Shown here piece after piece: positions 6,285 to 15,700 of a stretch of DNA of 26,098 bases. Under the pieces are notes generated by a model that saw only the letters and a list, made by a program, of their open reading frames with translations, was not told where the DNA came from and made no database searches. The stretch covers positions 1-26,098 of the IMG/VR virus record IMGVR_UViG_3300044621_000985; one strand, written 5' to 3'. This DNA is from a virus. Its lineage: Duplodnaviria; Caudoviricetes. The position numbers were made by a program, and so were the translations under genes. How positions within the stretch are numbered: the stretch's first letter is position 1; each line of letters opens with the position of its first letter.

Positions 6285-6428
6285 GCTAAAACTTTTTACG
6301 TTGGCCTGCCCGCGATAGAGCAACGCTGGAAATACGATAGTCAGAGACTCGCAAAGCTCAAAGCGTGAGAGGAACGAGCTATCATTTGTCGTTGACGAGC
6401 GCTGCGAATAGGTAAATCACTACGCTCG

Positions 6429-8339
6429 ATGGACTACGCGAGCGAGCAGGCTATCCAGTGGTACGGCGACGATCAGGGGTCGCCACACGCAGCCATCGCC
6501 GAGCGGATGAAGTTCCTGCTCGACCGTCAGTCCACGCGCCGCGAGGCTGTTCGTCGCTGCCAGCAGATTTACGGCGTTGACCTTGGCGCCTACGGCCTCG
6601 CGCCCGACGCGAGCATCGACCGCCGTTTCAGCATTAACCACCTGAAGAACAGCGTCGACACGCTCGCGGCCAAGATCAGCCGCGCGAAGGTGCTGCCGTT
6701 CGCCGTCACGAGCGGCGGCGACTACATGCAGCGCAAGCGCGCCGAGAAGCTGTCGCGCTTCATCGACGGCGCGTTCCACGACACCGACTTCTGGACGAAG
6801 AGCATGCACGTCGACCTGGCTACGCTCGTCGACGGCACCGGCTGCATGAAGGTCACGAGCACGAACGGGCAGCTTCAGCTCGAAGTCGTGCCGATGCTCG
6901 ACATCTTCGTCGACGACGCCGAGGCTCGCTACGGCCAGCCGCGCAACCTGATTCAGCGTCACCTCGTGGACCGCTCCGTCGTGCGCTCGCTCTACGGTCA
7001 CAAGCAGGCCACCGAGGGCAACGGCTTCTACGGCGCGCTCGCGACGCGCCGCTCGTGCATCGACGCGGTGAGCATCCCTACCGACTCCGAGATGGCCGAG
7101 TTCATCATCAACTCGGGCTCGGACCTGATCTACGTCTACGAGGCGTGGCACCTCCCGTCCGCCCCTGGCGAGCGCGACGGCAAGCACGTCATTTGCCTCG
7201 ACAACTGTACGCTCGTCGAGGAGCCGTGGACCCGTGAGCGCTTCCCGTTCGCCTTCGAGCGCCGCAACGTGCCGCTCGTGGGCTTCTGGGGCTCGTCCGC
7301 CGTCTTCGAGTTCGCCCCGGCTCAGGAAGAGCACAACAAGCTCTCTCACAAGCTCCAGCTCGCCCACAACCTCATGGGCGGCTCGCACATCATCATGCAG
7401 GCCGGGACGCTCGGGAAGACCGTCTCGCTCGACAACGGCATCGGCACCATCATCGAGTACCTGCCGGGCGGCTCGCCGCCGATGACGTTCAACCCGGACC
7501 CGGTGAACCCGCAGACGTACGCCTACCGGAACAGCATCCCGAACGAGATCAACATGGGTCTCGGGCTCTCGAACATGAGCGCCCACTCGGAGCTTCCTGC
7601 GGGCCTTCGCGCTGCCTCGGGCAAGGCGCTGCAAGTCTTCGAGGACTTCGAGTCCGAGCGCCTGCACGTCTTCCACAAGCTGCACGAGCAGTTCGCGGTC
7701 GACGTCGCTCGCCTCATCGTCGACGAGGCCGAGGCCCTGCTCGCCGCCGACGTGGACGTCTCCGTCGCCCGTCCGACCAAGAGCACGCTCGAAGAGGTGG
7801 CCTGGTCGGAAGTGCGCATGGACGAGCGCGAGTACCGCCTCCGCGTCTACCCGGTGTCGAACCTCTCGAAGCAGCCTTCGGCCAAGTTCGAGCAGATCCT
7901 ATCGATGGCGCAGTACAACCTCGTCGACCTGCCGAGCCTGCGCCGCCTCCTCGACATGCCCGACATCGACGCCGAGGAAGACCTCCGCAACGCGCCGCTC
8001 GATGCCGTCGACCAGATGCTCTACAACATGGTCGAGAAGCGGCAGGCGAGCGAGCCGTCCGACTACATCGACCCGGCGTTCCAGATGGAGCGCGCCAAGC
8101 TCTTCTACGCGAAGTGCCTCGTCGACAACGTACCGGAGCGCAAGCGCGCCCTCGTTGCCGACTTCATCACGAGTTGCGCGGCCAAGATTGCCGCCATGCA
8201 GGCTCCGGAGCAGGCGGCTCCGCAGCCTCAGGCGCCTCTCCCCGGTGAGCAGACCGGCGAGATGGCTCAGGAAGCCGCCCCAATGGCCGGGGAGGGCGCT
8301 GCTCCGCCCAACCCTGCCTCTATGGGAGTCCTTCAATGA
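6429..8339 (+). CDS. Portal (head-tail connector) protein, 636 aa
   Basis: Size and position after terL and before scaffold/capsid. Portal-like segments INHLKNSVDTLAAKI, DGTGCMKV, VYEAWH, GFWGSS..FEFAPAQEEHNK, SGKALQ; low-complexity Q/A/P tail. Confidence 0.85.
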   Translation: MDYASEQAIQWYGDDQGSPHAAIAERMKFLLDRQSTRREAVRRCQQIYGVDLGAYGLAPDASIDRRFSINHLKNSVDTLAAKISRAKVLPFAVTSGGDYMQRKRAEKLSRFIDGAFHDTDFWTKSMHVDLATLVDGTGCMKVTSTNGQLQLEVVPMLDIFVDDAEARYGQPRNLIQRHLVDRSVVRSLYGHKQATEGNGFYGALATRRSCIDAVSIPTDSEMAEFIINSGSDLIYVYEAWHLPSAPGERDGKHVICLDNCTLVEEPWTRERFPFAFERRNVPLVGFWGSSAVFEFAPAQEEHNKLSHKLQLAHNLMGGSHIIMQAGTLGKTVSLDNGIGTIIEYLPGGSPPMTFNPDPVNPQTYAYRNSIPNEINMGLGLSNMSAHSELPAGLRAASGKALQVFEDFESERLHVFHKLHEQFAVDVARLIVDEAEALLAADVDVSVARPTKSTLEEVAWSEVRMDEREYRLRVYPVSNLSKQPSAKFEQILSMAQYNLVDLPSLRRLLDMPDIDAEEDLRNAPLDAVDQMLYNMVEKRQASEPSDYIDPAFQMERAKLFYAKCLVDNVPERKRALVADFITSCAAKIAAMQAPEQAAPQPQAPLPGEQTGEMAQEAAPMAGEGAAPPNPASMGVLQ

Positions 8340-9298
8340 GCGATCTCGCCGATAACACGTCTGATTTCTCCGTCTCCGACGCCGACCTCATGGCCGCCGT
8401 GACCGATGCGTTCCATGGGGCCGCTTCCGGCGCCGAGGAGGCACCTCCTGCGGCCGATGCTGGCGCGGACGAGGCAGAGTCCGCTCCGGACGAGAAGGCC
8501 CCGAAGAAGGCCGCTCAGGCGACGGACGACGACATCGACCCGCGCGCCGTCCTTCGCGCCCGCATGGAGAAGGCTCGCGCGGCCAAGGCTGCCAAGGCGG
8601 AGTCGCGTCGCCAGGCCGAGCTTGCGGAGAAGCTGCGCGAGTACGAGCAGGCTCGCCCGCCGGTTGCGCAGGGCTTCGACATCGACGGCTTCAAGAGCAA
8701 GTTCTACCAGTCGCCGCTCTCGGCGCTTCAGGAGCTTGGAGTCGACCTCGACACGTTCACGCAGCGAGTCCTCGAAGAGAACACGCCGCAGTCGCAACTC
8801 GCGCAGCAGCTCAAGGCCGTGCAGGAGCGCGTCGAGTCCTTCGAGAAGCAGAAGAAGGAAGCCGAGGAGCGCGAGGCCAAGCTCTCTGAGGAGCGCCAGC
8901 GCCACCAGGAGGAGCAGGAGTTCTGCTCCATGATCACGACCGACGACTACCCGTCGCTGTACGAGTGGTTCTCCGACGACCCGCACGCGCTCATTCGCGA
9001 AGCCGAAGTCGTCGCCACCGACCTTCTCAAAGCCGGGCATGACCCCGACGACATCGAGGATGCAGACATCGCGGACTTCCTGGAGATGAAGTACGCGAAG
9101 AAGCTGCAAAAGCTCAAGGGCGTGAGCGCTGCGCGCAAGGCGACGCAGCCCGCCTCTGGCGCCTCGAAACCCCGGTCCCCAAGCCAAGCGTCCGCTTCGG
9201 AGACGAAGCTCGGGGGACCAAAGAACTTCTGGGACCTCAGCGCGGACGAGCAGGACGCGCTTCTCAACGAAGTCGCAAGAACCGCAACCGCTAACTAG
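8336..9298 (+). CDS. Capsid scaffolding protein, 320 aa
   Basis: Acidic, disordered N-terminus and long coiled coil; between portal and capsid; ATGA overlap. Confidence 0.7.
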   Translation: MSDLADNTSDFSVSDADLMAAVTDAFHGAASGAEEAPPAADAGADEAESAPDEKAPKKAAQATDDDIDPRAVLRARMEKARAAKAAKAESRRQAELAEKLREYEQARPPVAQGFDIDGFKSKFYQSPLSALQELGVDLDTFTQRVLEENTPQSQLAQQLKAVQERVESFEKQKKEAEEREAKLSEERQRHQEEQEFCSMITTDDYPSLYEWFSDDPHALIREAEVVATDLLKAGHDPDDIEDADIADFLEMKYAKKLQKLKGVSAARKATQPASGASKPRSPSQASASETKLGGPKNFWDLSADEQDALLNEVARTATAN

Positions 9299-9309
9299 GG
9301 AAAACCACA

Positions 9310-10659
9310 ATGCCGATCTCATCCTCCGTTGCAGCCGTCGACAAGGCGCTCAAGCTCCTCTACAAGGCTGGCGTCCCCAACCTCTCGTATAACAAGCAGG
9401 CCCTCCTGAACCGCTTCGCGGTCAAGGCGGACTTCACTGGCGAGAAGAAGGTCATGGCGCTCCAGACGTCGAACCCGCAGGGCTTCGGCTCGACCTTCGA
9501 CCGCGCCCTCGCGAACATCGATCAGGTGGAGCAGTACAGCCGCTTCGAGATGTTCCGCGTCCAGCACTACGGCTTCGTGCAGGTCAGCGGCGAAGTCATG
9601 CGCACCGCGGTCGACCCCGGCGCGCTCGTCAACGTCTGGAAGAACCGCTCGGTGAGCGTCGTCCGCGGCATGCAGAACAGCGCCGGCCGCCTGATCTACG
9701 GCACCGGCACCGGCCGACTCGCGTCCGTCTCTGCCGCCGGCACCAACGCGAACACGGTCACGCTCGCGACCGCGGCGGACATCGCGAACTTCGAGCGTGG
9801 GATGCGTTTCGTGTTCTACACCGGCCCGGAGTCGTTCGCCGGCCAGTACGTCGACCTCACGAGCGGCGTCGGCACGGGCACCAACAGTTTCGATGCGGTC
9901 AAGATGGTCTGCACGGTCACGGCCATTGACCGTGACATCAACAACGGCACCGCGACCATCACGTTCACGGTCAACACTGGCGCTCCGTCTCCTGGCACCG
10001 CGACGTGGCCCGCGAACGCGATCCTCGTGCGCGACGGTGACGGCGTAATCTCGGACGGCGCGGCGACGAGCTACGACACGAACGCGCGCTCGCCGGCGGG
10101 CATTGAGCAGTGGATCGGTGGCGACCTCATCGGCACGCCGCCTATCGGGAACACGCTCTTTGGCCTCAACCGCGCCTCGGACAAGGTGCGTTTCGGCGGC
10201 CAGGTGTCGAACGCGGCTGGCCGCAACATGGTCGAGGCGCTTCAGGACCTTGAGGCGAACATCCTCTTCCAGGGCATGGGTTACCCGACGCACATCGTCG
10301 CGAACCCGCTCGCCATCGGCAACCTCAAGAAGTCGGCGCTCTCGGACGTCATCCGCATCCCGGCGACGGACCCGAAGCAAAACCTCAACTTCCAGGACGT
10401 CGTGTTCGTTGGCCAGAACGGCCCGATCCCGTTCATCCAGGACCCCTTCTGCCCGATGAACAAGGCGTACATGCTGAACCTCCCGACGTGGAGCATCAGT
10501 TGCGCGCCTGGCGGCATGTTCCAGCTCGTCGACTTCGACGGCGTGAGCGTGCTCCGCAACCCGACCTCGGACAACTACGAGTCGCGCTTCGCGTCGTACT
10601 ACCAGATCGGCTGCGAAAACCCCGGCTCGAACGGCTTCCTCTACAACTGGGGCGCCTGA
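9310..10659 (+). CDS. Major capsid protein, 449 aa
   Basis: Position, size and very strong codon bias. Capsid-like segments LIYGTGTGRLA, LFGLNR, PTHIVANP, GPIPFIQDPFCPMNKAYMLN, YYQIGCENPGSNG. Confidence 0.85.
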   Translation: MPISSSVAAVDKALKLLYKAGVPNLSYNKQALLNRFAVKADFTGEKKVMALQTSNPQGFGSTFDRALANIDQVEQYSRFEMFRVQHYGFVQVSGEVMRTAVDPGALVNVWKNRSVSVVRGMQNSAGRLIYGTGTGRLASVSAAGTNANTVTLATAADIANFERGMRFVFYTGPESFAGQYVDLTSGVGTGTNSFDAVKMVCTVTAIDRDINNGTATITFTVNTGAPSPGTATWPANAILVRDGDGVISDGAATSYDTNARSPAGIEQWIGGDLIGTPPIGNTLFGLNRASDKVRFGGQVSNAAGRNMVEALQDLEANILFQGMGYPTHIVANPLAIGNLKKSALSDVIRIPATDPKQNLNFQDVVFVGQNGPIPFIQDPFCPMNKAYMLNLPTWSISCAPGGMFQLVDFDGVSVLRNPTSDNYESRFASYYQIGCENPGSNGFLYNWGA

Positions 10660-10680
10660 TAGCCTGAAAGGGAAAACTCC

Positions 10681-11088
10681 ATGGGCCCCTCTGCTCTCCG
10701 GTCCCAACTGCGGACCAACATTCCGGGCGACACGCGAATCAGCGGTCGCTTCAATGTGAACGGTGCAACGCTCACCGTTCTCGAAGGCAAGCGGTACGTC
10801 GCGGACAGGGCCGGCACCGGCCTCTACCGCGTCCGCTTCGGCAACTCGACGACCGAACTTACGCCGGTCCTCGGGCTTGTCGCCTGCTTCGCAAATGCCG
10901 TTGTGGCGGCCCCTGACGCGACGAACTCGCGCTGGATCGTCGTCCAGAGCATCGTTACGAACGCAGACGGCACCATCGCTGGGGTCATCCTCGGCGCCCT
11001 CGACGCCACTGGCGCGCTCGCGAACCTCACCGCGGACGACGACATCTGCTTCGAGTGCATCGTTCGCGATACCGCGGTGACGGTGTGA
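10681..11088 (+). CDS. Putative capsid-associated/decoration protein, 135 aa
   Basis: Directly after the capsid gene; beta-rich with RAGTGLYRVRF motif; shares the AGGGAAAAC leader with the capsid gene. Confidence 0.5.
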   Translation: MGPSALRSQLRTNIPGDTRISGRFNVNGATLTVLEGKRYVADRAGTGLYRVRFGNSTTELTPVLGLVACFANAVVAAPDATNSRWIVVQSIVTNADGTIAGVILGALDATGALANLTADDDICFECIVRDTAVTV

Positions 11089-11318
11089 TGCGCGGCAAGG
11101 GCGGCAAGATTGCCATCCTCCTCGGGATGAAGCCCGGGGAGGGTGGCGACAACGAGGAGGAGGGTCCGTCCTCTTCCAAGATGGAAGGCCCTTCGCCCGA
11201 CAAGGTGAAGATGTTCCGCAAGATGCGGAAAGCCTTCGAGATGGGAGACGACGAGGCCGGGGCGGAAGCCTTCGACGCGCTCGTTTCCATGTGCGGCGAC
11301 TACGAAGAAGAAGACTGA
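11088..11318 (+). CDS. Small acidic hypothetical protein, 76 aa
   Basis: TGATG overlap; MRGKGGKIAILLGMKP...AEAFDALVSMCGDYEEED. Confidence 0.7.
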   Translation: MRGKGGKIAILLGMKPGEGGDNEEEGPSSSKMEGPSPDKVKMFRKMRKAFEMGDDEAGAEAFDALVSMCGDYEEED

Positions 11319-11335
11319 TAGGTTAGGAGTTCACC

Positions 11336-12322
11336 ATGTCGCGTTCGAGGACTACTACCGACCTGCGGGCCGAGGTTCGTCAGCGGGCCGATATGGTGAA
11401 CTCCGCCTTCGTTACGGATTGGGAGGTCGACCGATCTGTCTCTCAGTCCTGGGCGCAGCTCCACGACCAGATGTGCTCGACGGGCGAGGATTACTTCCTG
11501 AAGTACGTCGACATCGCCGCGACGAGCGGCGGCTTCTACGACTTCATCCCGCTAAACAGCTCCGTGCCGGGGCTCAAGGCGACGGACGTTTACCAGGTGC
11601 GCGGCGTCGATGCCGTGTATTCGGACGAGGTTGTCGTCAACGTGCCTAGGTTCAACTGGGAGGAGCGTAACATCTACGCGGCCACCCCGGCGCTGAACCC
11701 GTACTACCCGATCATTGCCTACCGCGTCATGCAGAACCCTGTGACGCAGCGCGACGCCATCCAGATCGTCCCGGAGAACTCGAACGGGATCTCGTACTTG
11801 CGCGTCTGGTACTACCCCAGCGCTAAGGCGGTCGGCTACACGGCCACGATTGTGAACGGTGGCTCCGGCCTCACAGACGGCACCTACTACGAAGTGCCCG
11901 TGCATGGCGGCGCTGGCGTAGGCATGACCGCAACGGTCGTCATTGCTGGTGGCACCATCACCAGCGTCGTCATCACCGACTACACGAGCGGCTACACGGT
12001 CCCTTCGTGGGCCTTTGGCTTTACGCCAAACTCTATCTACTCCGGATCCCCGAACCTCGGGACCACGGTCGGTACCATCACGGTCGACTCGCTCGACGGG
12101 CGCAACGGCTGGGAAGAGTGGGTTGTGATCGACGCGGCCATCAAGCTCCTCGCGAAAGAGGAGAGCGACACGTCGCAGCTTGAGCGCGAGGCTGCTCGCG
12201 TCTGGGGGCGCATCACGACGGCGCTTCAGAACCGCGACGCTGGCCAGGCCAAGCGCATCACGGACGTCAGCTACAACATGGGCCTCTGGCCTTACTCCGC
12301 CAGTTACGCCCGACGCTACTAG
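11336..12322 (+). CDS. Head-tail adaptor / tail tubular protein A-like, 328 aa, with internal beta-rich insert
   Basis: SD AGGAG. N-terminal LRAEVRQRADM..SAFVTD.EV...V..SW..L helical pattern and C-terminal GWEEWVVIDAAIKLLAKEESD resemble podophage adaptors; position between head and nozzle genes. Confidence 0.65.
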   Translation: MSRSRTTTDLRAEVRQRADMVNSAFVTDWEVDRSVSQSWAQLHDQMCSTGEDYFLKYVDIAATSGGFYDFIPLNSSVPGLKATDVYQVRGVDAVYSDEVVVNVPRFNWEERNIYAATPALNPYYPIIAYRVMQNPVTQRDAIQIVPENSNGISYLRVWYYPSAKAVGYTATIVNGGSGLTDGTYYEVPVHGGAGVGMTATVVIAGGTITSVVITDYTSGYTVPSWAFGFTPNSIYSGSPNLGTTVGTITVDSLDGRNGWEEWVVIDAAIKLLAKEESDTSQLEREAARVWGRITTALQNRDAGQAKRITDVSYNMGLWPYSASYARRY

Positions 12323-12331
12323 GAGGTCGCC

Positions 12332-12751
12332 ATGCCGCAGCTCGATAAGCCGTCGCAGTACCTCACCCGCGACGCGAAGGACCCGCTCGTCAACGCCATG
12401 CAGGACAGCTTGGCGCAGGCGACGAAGGCGCTCCGTCAGCAGCCTCCGCCGAAGCAGCTTGTTACGGCGCTCGGCCAGCAAACGCCGGACGCCGGCGTGC
12501 AGTTCAAGCCCGGCCAGATCGTCGACATCCCGCACTCGCTCGGGCGCAGCGCGGCCGGCTTCAACATCGCCAAGGTCGTGACCGACACGCCGAACGCTTC
12601 CTCGGCCCCGTACGCCGCGCCAAACCTGCAAGTGGTTGAAGTTCCTGGGCCGCTCGGGCAGAAGATCATGCGGCTGCGCTACATCGCTCCCACGGACTCG
12701 AACGGGAACCCTGTGACGACGCCGGTACGACTGCACCTGGAGATCTTCTGA
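12332..12751 (+). CDS. Putative structural protein, 139 aa
   Basis: SD GGAGG; IPHSLGRSAAGFNI motif (H.LGR.P.G-like); TGATG overlap with the next gene. Confidence 0.6.
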   Translation: MPQLDKPSQYLTRDAKDPLVNAMQDSLAQATKALRQQPPPKQLVTALGQQTPDAGVQFKPGQIVDIPHSLGRSAAGFNIAKVVTDTPNASSAPYAAPNLQVVEVPGPLGQKIMRLRYIAPTDSNGNPVTTPVRLHLEIF

Positions 12752-15700
12752 TGCCGACTCGTGATTCTATCGTCCAGGTTCCGTTCGTCGGCGGCATCGA
12801 CCAGCATACGGACCCGGACCAGCTCCAGCCGCCGAACATGGCGCTGCTCGCGAACTGCGTCGTGCGCAAGCCAGGCCGCATCGAGAAGCGCGCCGGGATG
12901 CACCTGCTTGCGCAGACGGGGACCACGAACACCCCTGCCACGGCCTTTGGAGGCACTGCTACGGTCCTTCCGTCCGATGCCGAGGCCATCGGCGCCAACG
13001 ACGCGCAAGACGGCTCCAAACTCCTCGTGGCGGCCGGAAGCACCCTGTTCGAGTACGTCGGCTCCGACGCGGCGCACGGCTACCGTGAGGTGAACCGCAT
13101 CCCGTCCTGCTACGGCACGCTGCACCCGGTCGACGCGACGGGTGGCGAGATCATCGAGGTCGAGTCGATGGTCAACGACGCGGGCACCCTGCGCTGCACC
13201 GCCTGGGTGCTCGGCGCGCGCAACGGCCAGGACCTTACCAACGACAAGGCCATTCGCCAGCAGCCGGCCGGCACTCACGGTCTCTACGTCTCGGTGCAGC
13301 GCACGACGGACGGATCCTTCGTGACGCCGCCGACGCGCGTGCTCGACTCGTTTGGTGTCGCCACGACGCGCATCAGCGACATGCGCATGATGCTGTCGCT
13401 TGCAGACACGGGCACGACGCGGCACTGGGTCGTCGCGTTCCGCCGTGACTACGCCGTCATCGAGGCGTTCGTCATCAACGGCGTCGATGGGGCGCTGAAG
13501 ACTACGCGCATCTTCGGTGGCTTCCCGACCACGGCATTCACCGGTCGTCCGTACTGGCGCGCGTTCGACATCACGAACGTCGCCGGCCGCAACTACTTCC
13601 TGTTCGCCTGGTGCGAGAACGACACGTCGCCTGCGTCTTCGGAGGTAAACCTGCGCCTTGAGTCGTTCAACGCGACGACGGGCGTGTTCACGACGACGTT
13701 CACCATGCCCGGCGGCGTCATCAGCAACGCCAACGCGAACGGCTCCACCACGCTGAGCGTCCACGACTGGAACCGCTACACGCCGCGTGGCGTCGTACTT
13801 GAGACGGACCCCACTGGCGTCAACGTGTCCATCGCCATTCGTATGGTCTACGAGCAAGACTCGGCGCCGTTCTACCTCGACGGCAAGTTCGTTGTGACGA
13901 ACGCCAACTGCAACGGCGGATCTATCGCGGTCAGCACCAACAACTTCGCCTGGCTGCACCGCGCAGGCTTTCAGACCGAAGACAACTTCTCGTCGTTCAA
14001 GCTGTCTGGGCCGGTTGGCGAGAACAAGACGACCGCTTCGTGCGTTCAACGTTTTTATTTTCTTGAGACGGGAACAGTATCGGCAAATACATCAATAGCC
14101 GCTGTTGTTACTGCGCTTTTTGCAGATGGCAGTTATCAGCCATACAGCATCAAAAATGCAGACGACGCCGGAAGCTCGTCCCCCGTTCGTCGATTTAGCA
14201 ACCCCAGCCCATACATGGGCCAGGATTTGCTCAAGATTGCATCGAGCGGCATCTTCCCGATCCCGCAGCATATTTACCCTGCCGACAACAGTGTCGACGT
14301 CCAGCATCCCAACTGGGATCTTGGTGCAGTGGCTACGCCGACCCTCGATAGGGCTGTGATTTTTCAGAAGAACATAACGCGCGTGCAGCTTGGCGCTGCG
14401 CCAGCTGCCGTTGGGTATGCCAACACTGTACGCTATTGCCAGCTCTCCACTGCTGCTGGCATCAGATGCTACGCTGTCGTCTCGTTCGATGCTGCTGGCA
14501 TCCCGGATGCCGTTGCGTTGTACAACGGGATGGGCGCTGCAAACATCAACAAGGCGCCGTCGCTGGACACGGTTATGCTGCTGTCGGTCGGAACGGGTCC
14601 GAACGGCCCGTGGGCAGTTCCTGTGGCCGTACCTGCTGCGACGCTCCAGGTGTTCGACGACTTCAATAAAGCTGTACCGCTTGTTCTCCAGAACATTGTC
14701 TTCGAAGATATCGGCTCGAATACGGCTCCGGAATCACAGACGGTTGTCGAGACAAGCATCGGCGTCGAGCAATGCGTGCATCGTTGGGACGTGAAGAACA
14801 ATGGCACGCACGCCATTGTTGCAGTGTCCTCGACGTCAGCCGCCACGTTCAGCGGACCGAACGGCGACGCCCCGCTTGGCTACGTCAGCCCGTTCGCGCG
14901 TAGCAACTATTTCGAGGTCTACCAGTGGCAGATCGGCGCGCAGTTCCGGTATGACCTGAACGACTACGCCACAACGGGAAGCAGCACTTCTAGGCCGATC
15001 TGGTGCGCGCTCGGTGGTCCGTGGCGCATGATTAGCAGTCTAACCTGGGTCGATCTGGCTACGAACCGGCTTGGCTGCGTGGTCATGCCGTCTGGCGACG
15101 ACTATCAGCGCAGCGCGTTCCTCATCTCGTTCACGAACGGAAACGCCACCGTAGAGACTGCGCTCGACCCTGTGGATAGCAACCCGATCCAGTACGCTGG
15201 CGGCGTCGTCTACACGAACAACAAGGGCGTGTTCGTCGAGTCGATGAACATGGCGCGCATCGCAGCGGCGCCGTTGAACTGTCCTCGCGTCATGGCGAAG
15301 CGCAGTGGTGGAGCGGTCGTTGGCTTCACCTGCGGCGCCATCCGCCAAGGCCAGAACGACGGAGGCAGCGAGGTCTTCGCGCTCGACTACACCACTCAGC
15401 CTGGCAGCTGGCGAACGCTGAAGCAGTGGGGCGACTACACCATCGTCAACGGCGGGGTCTTGTCGGCCTACGACGGCAGTTCGTGCAACGAAGCGACGAT
15501 GCTGCTCTGGCCGCAGTCCGACCTGACGAGCATCGCGTACGACCGCATCGCGTTCAAGCTGTACCAGCTCGACAATCCGAGTACCGACTTCTACGGCTGG
15601 AAGAATCCAAACTTCACATTCTGGTATGACTACAACTACACGTCATTCCCGGTCGGCCCTCTGCTTTTTGGCATCACGAGGCCGTGGTTTGCGTATGAGG

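Noticed and set aside
6299-6325. CGTTG...CAACG inverted repeat after terL as a terminator
   Set aside because: Short stem, long loop, and no U-tract downstream on the + strand.
9296-10681. GGGAAAA as a -1 frameshift site, or capsid read-through into the in-frame 10681 gene
   Set aside because: Both heptamers lie at or after stop codons, and capsid extension would need read-through of two consecutive stops (TGA TAG).
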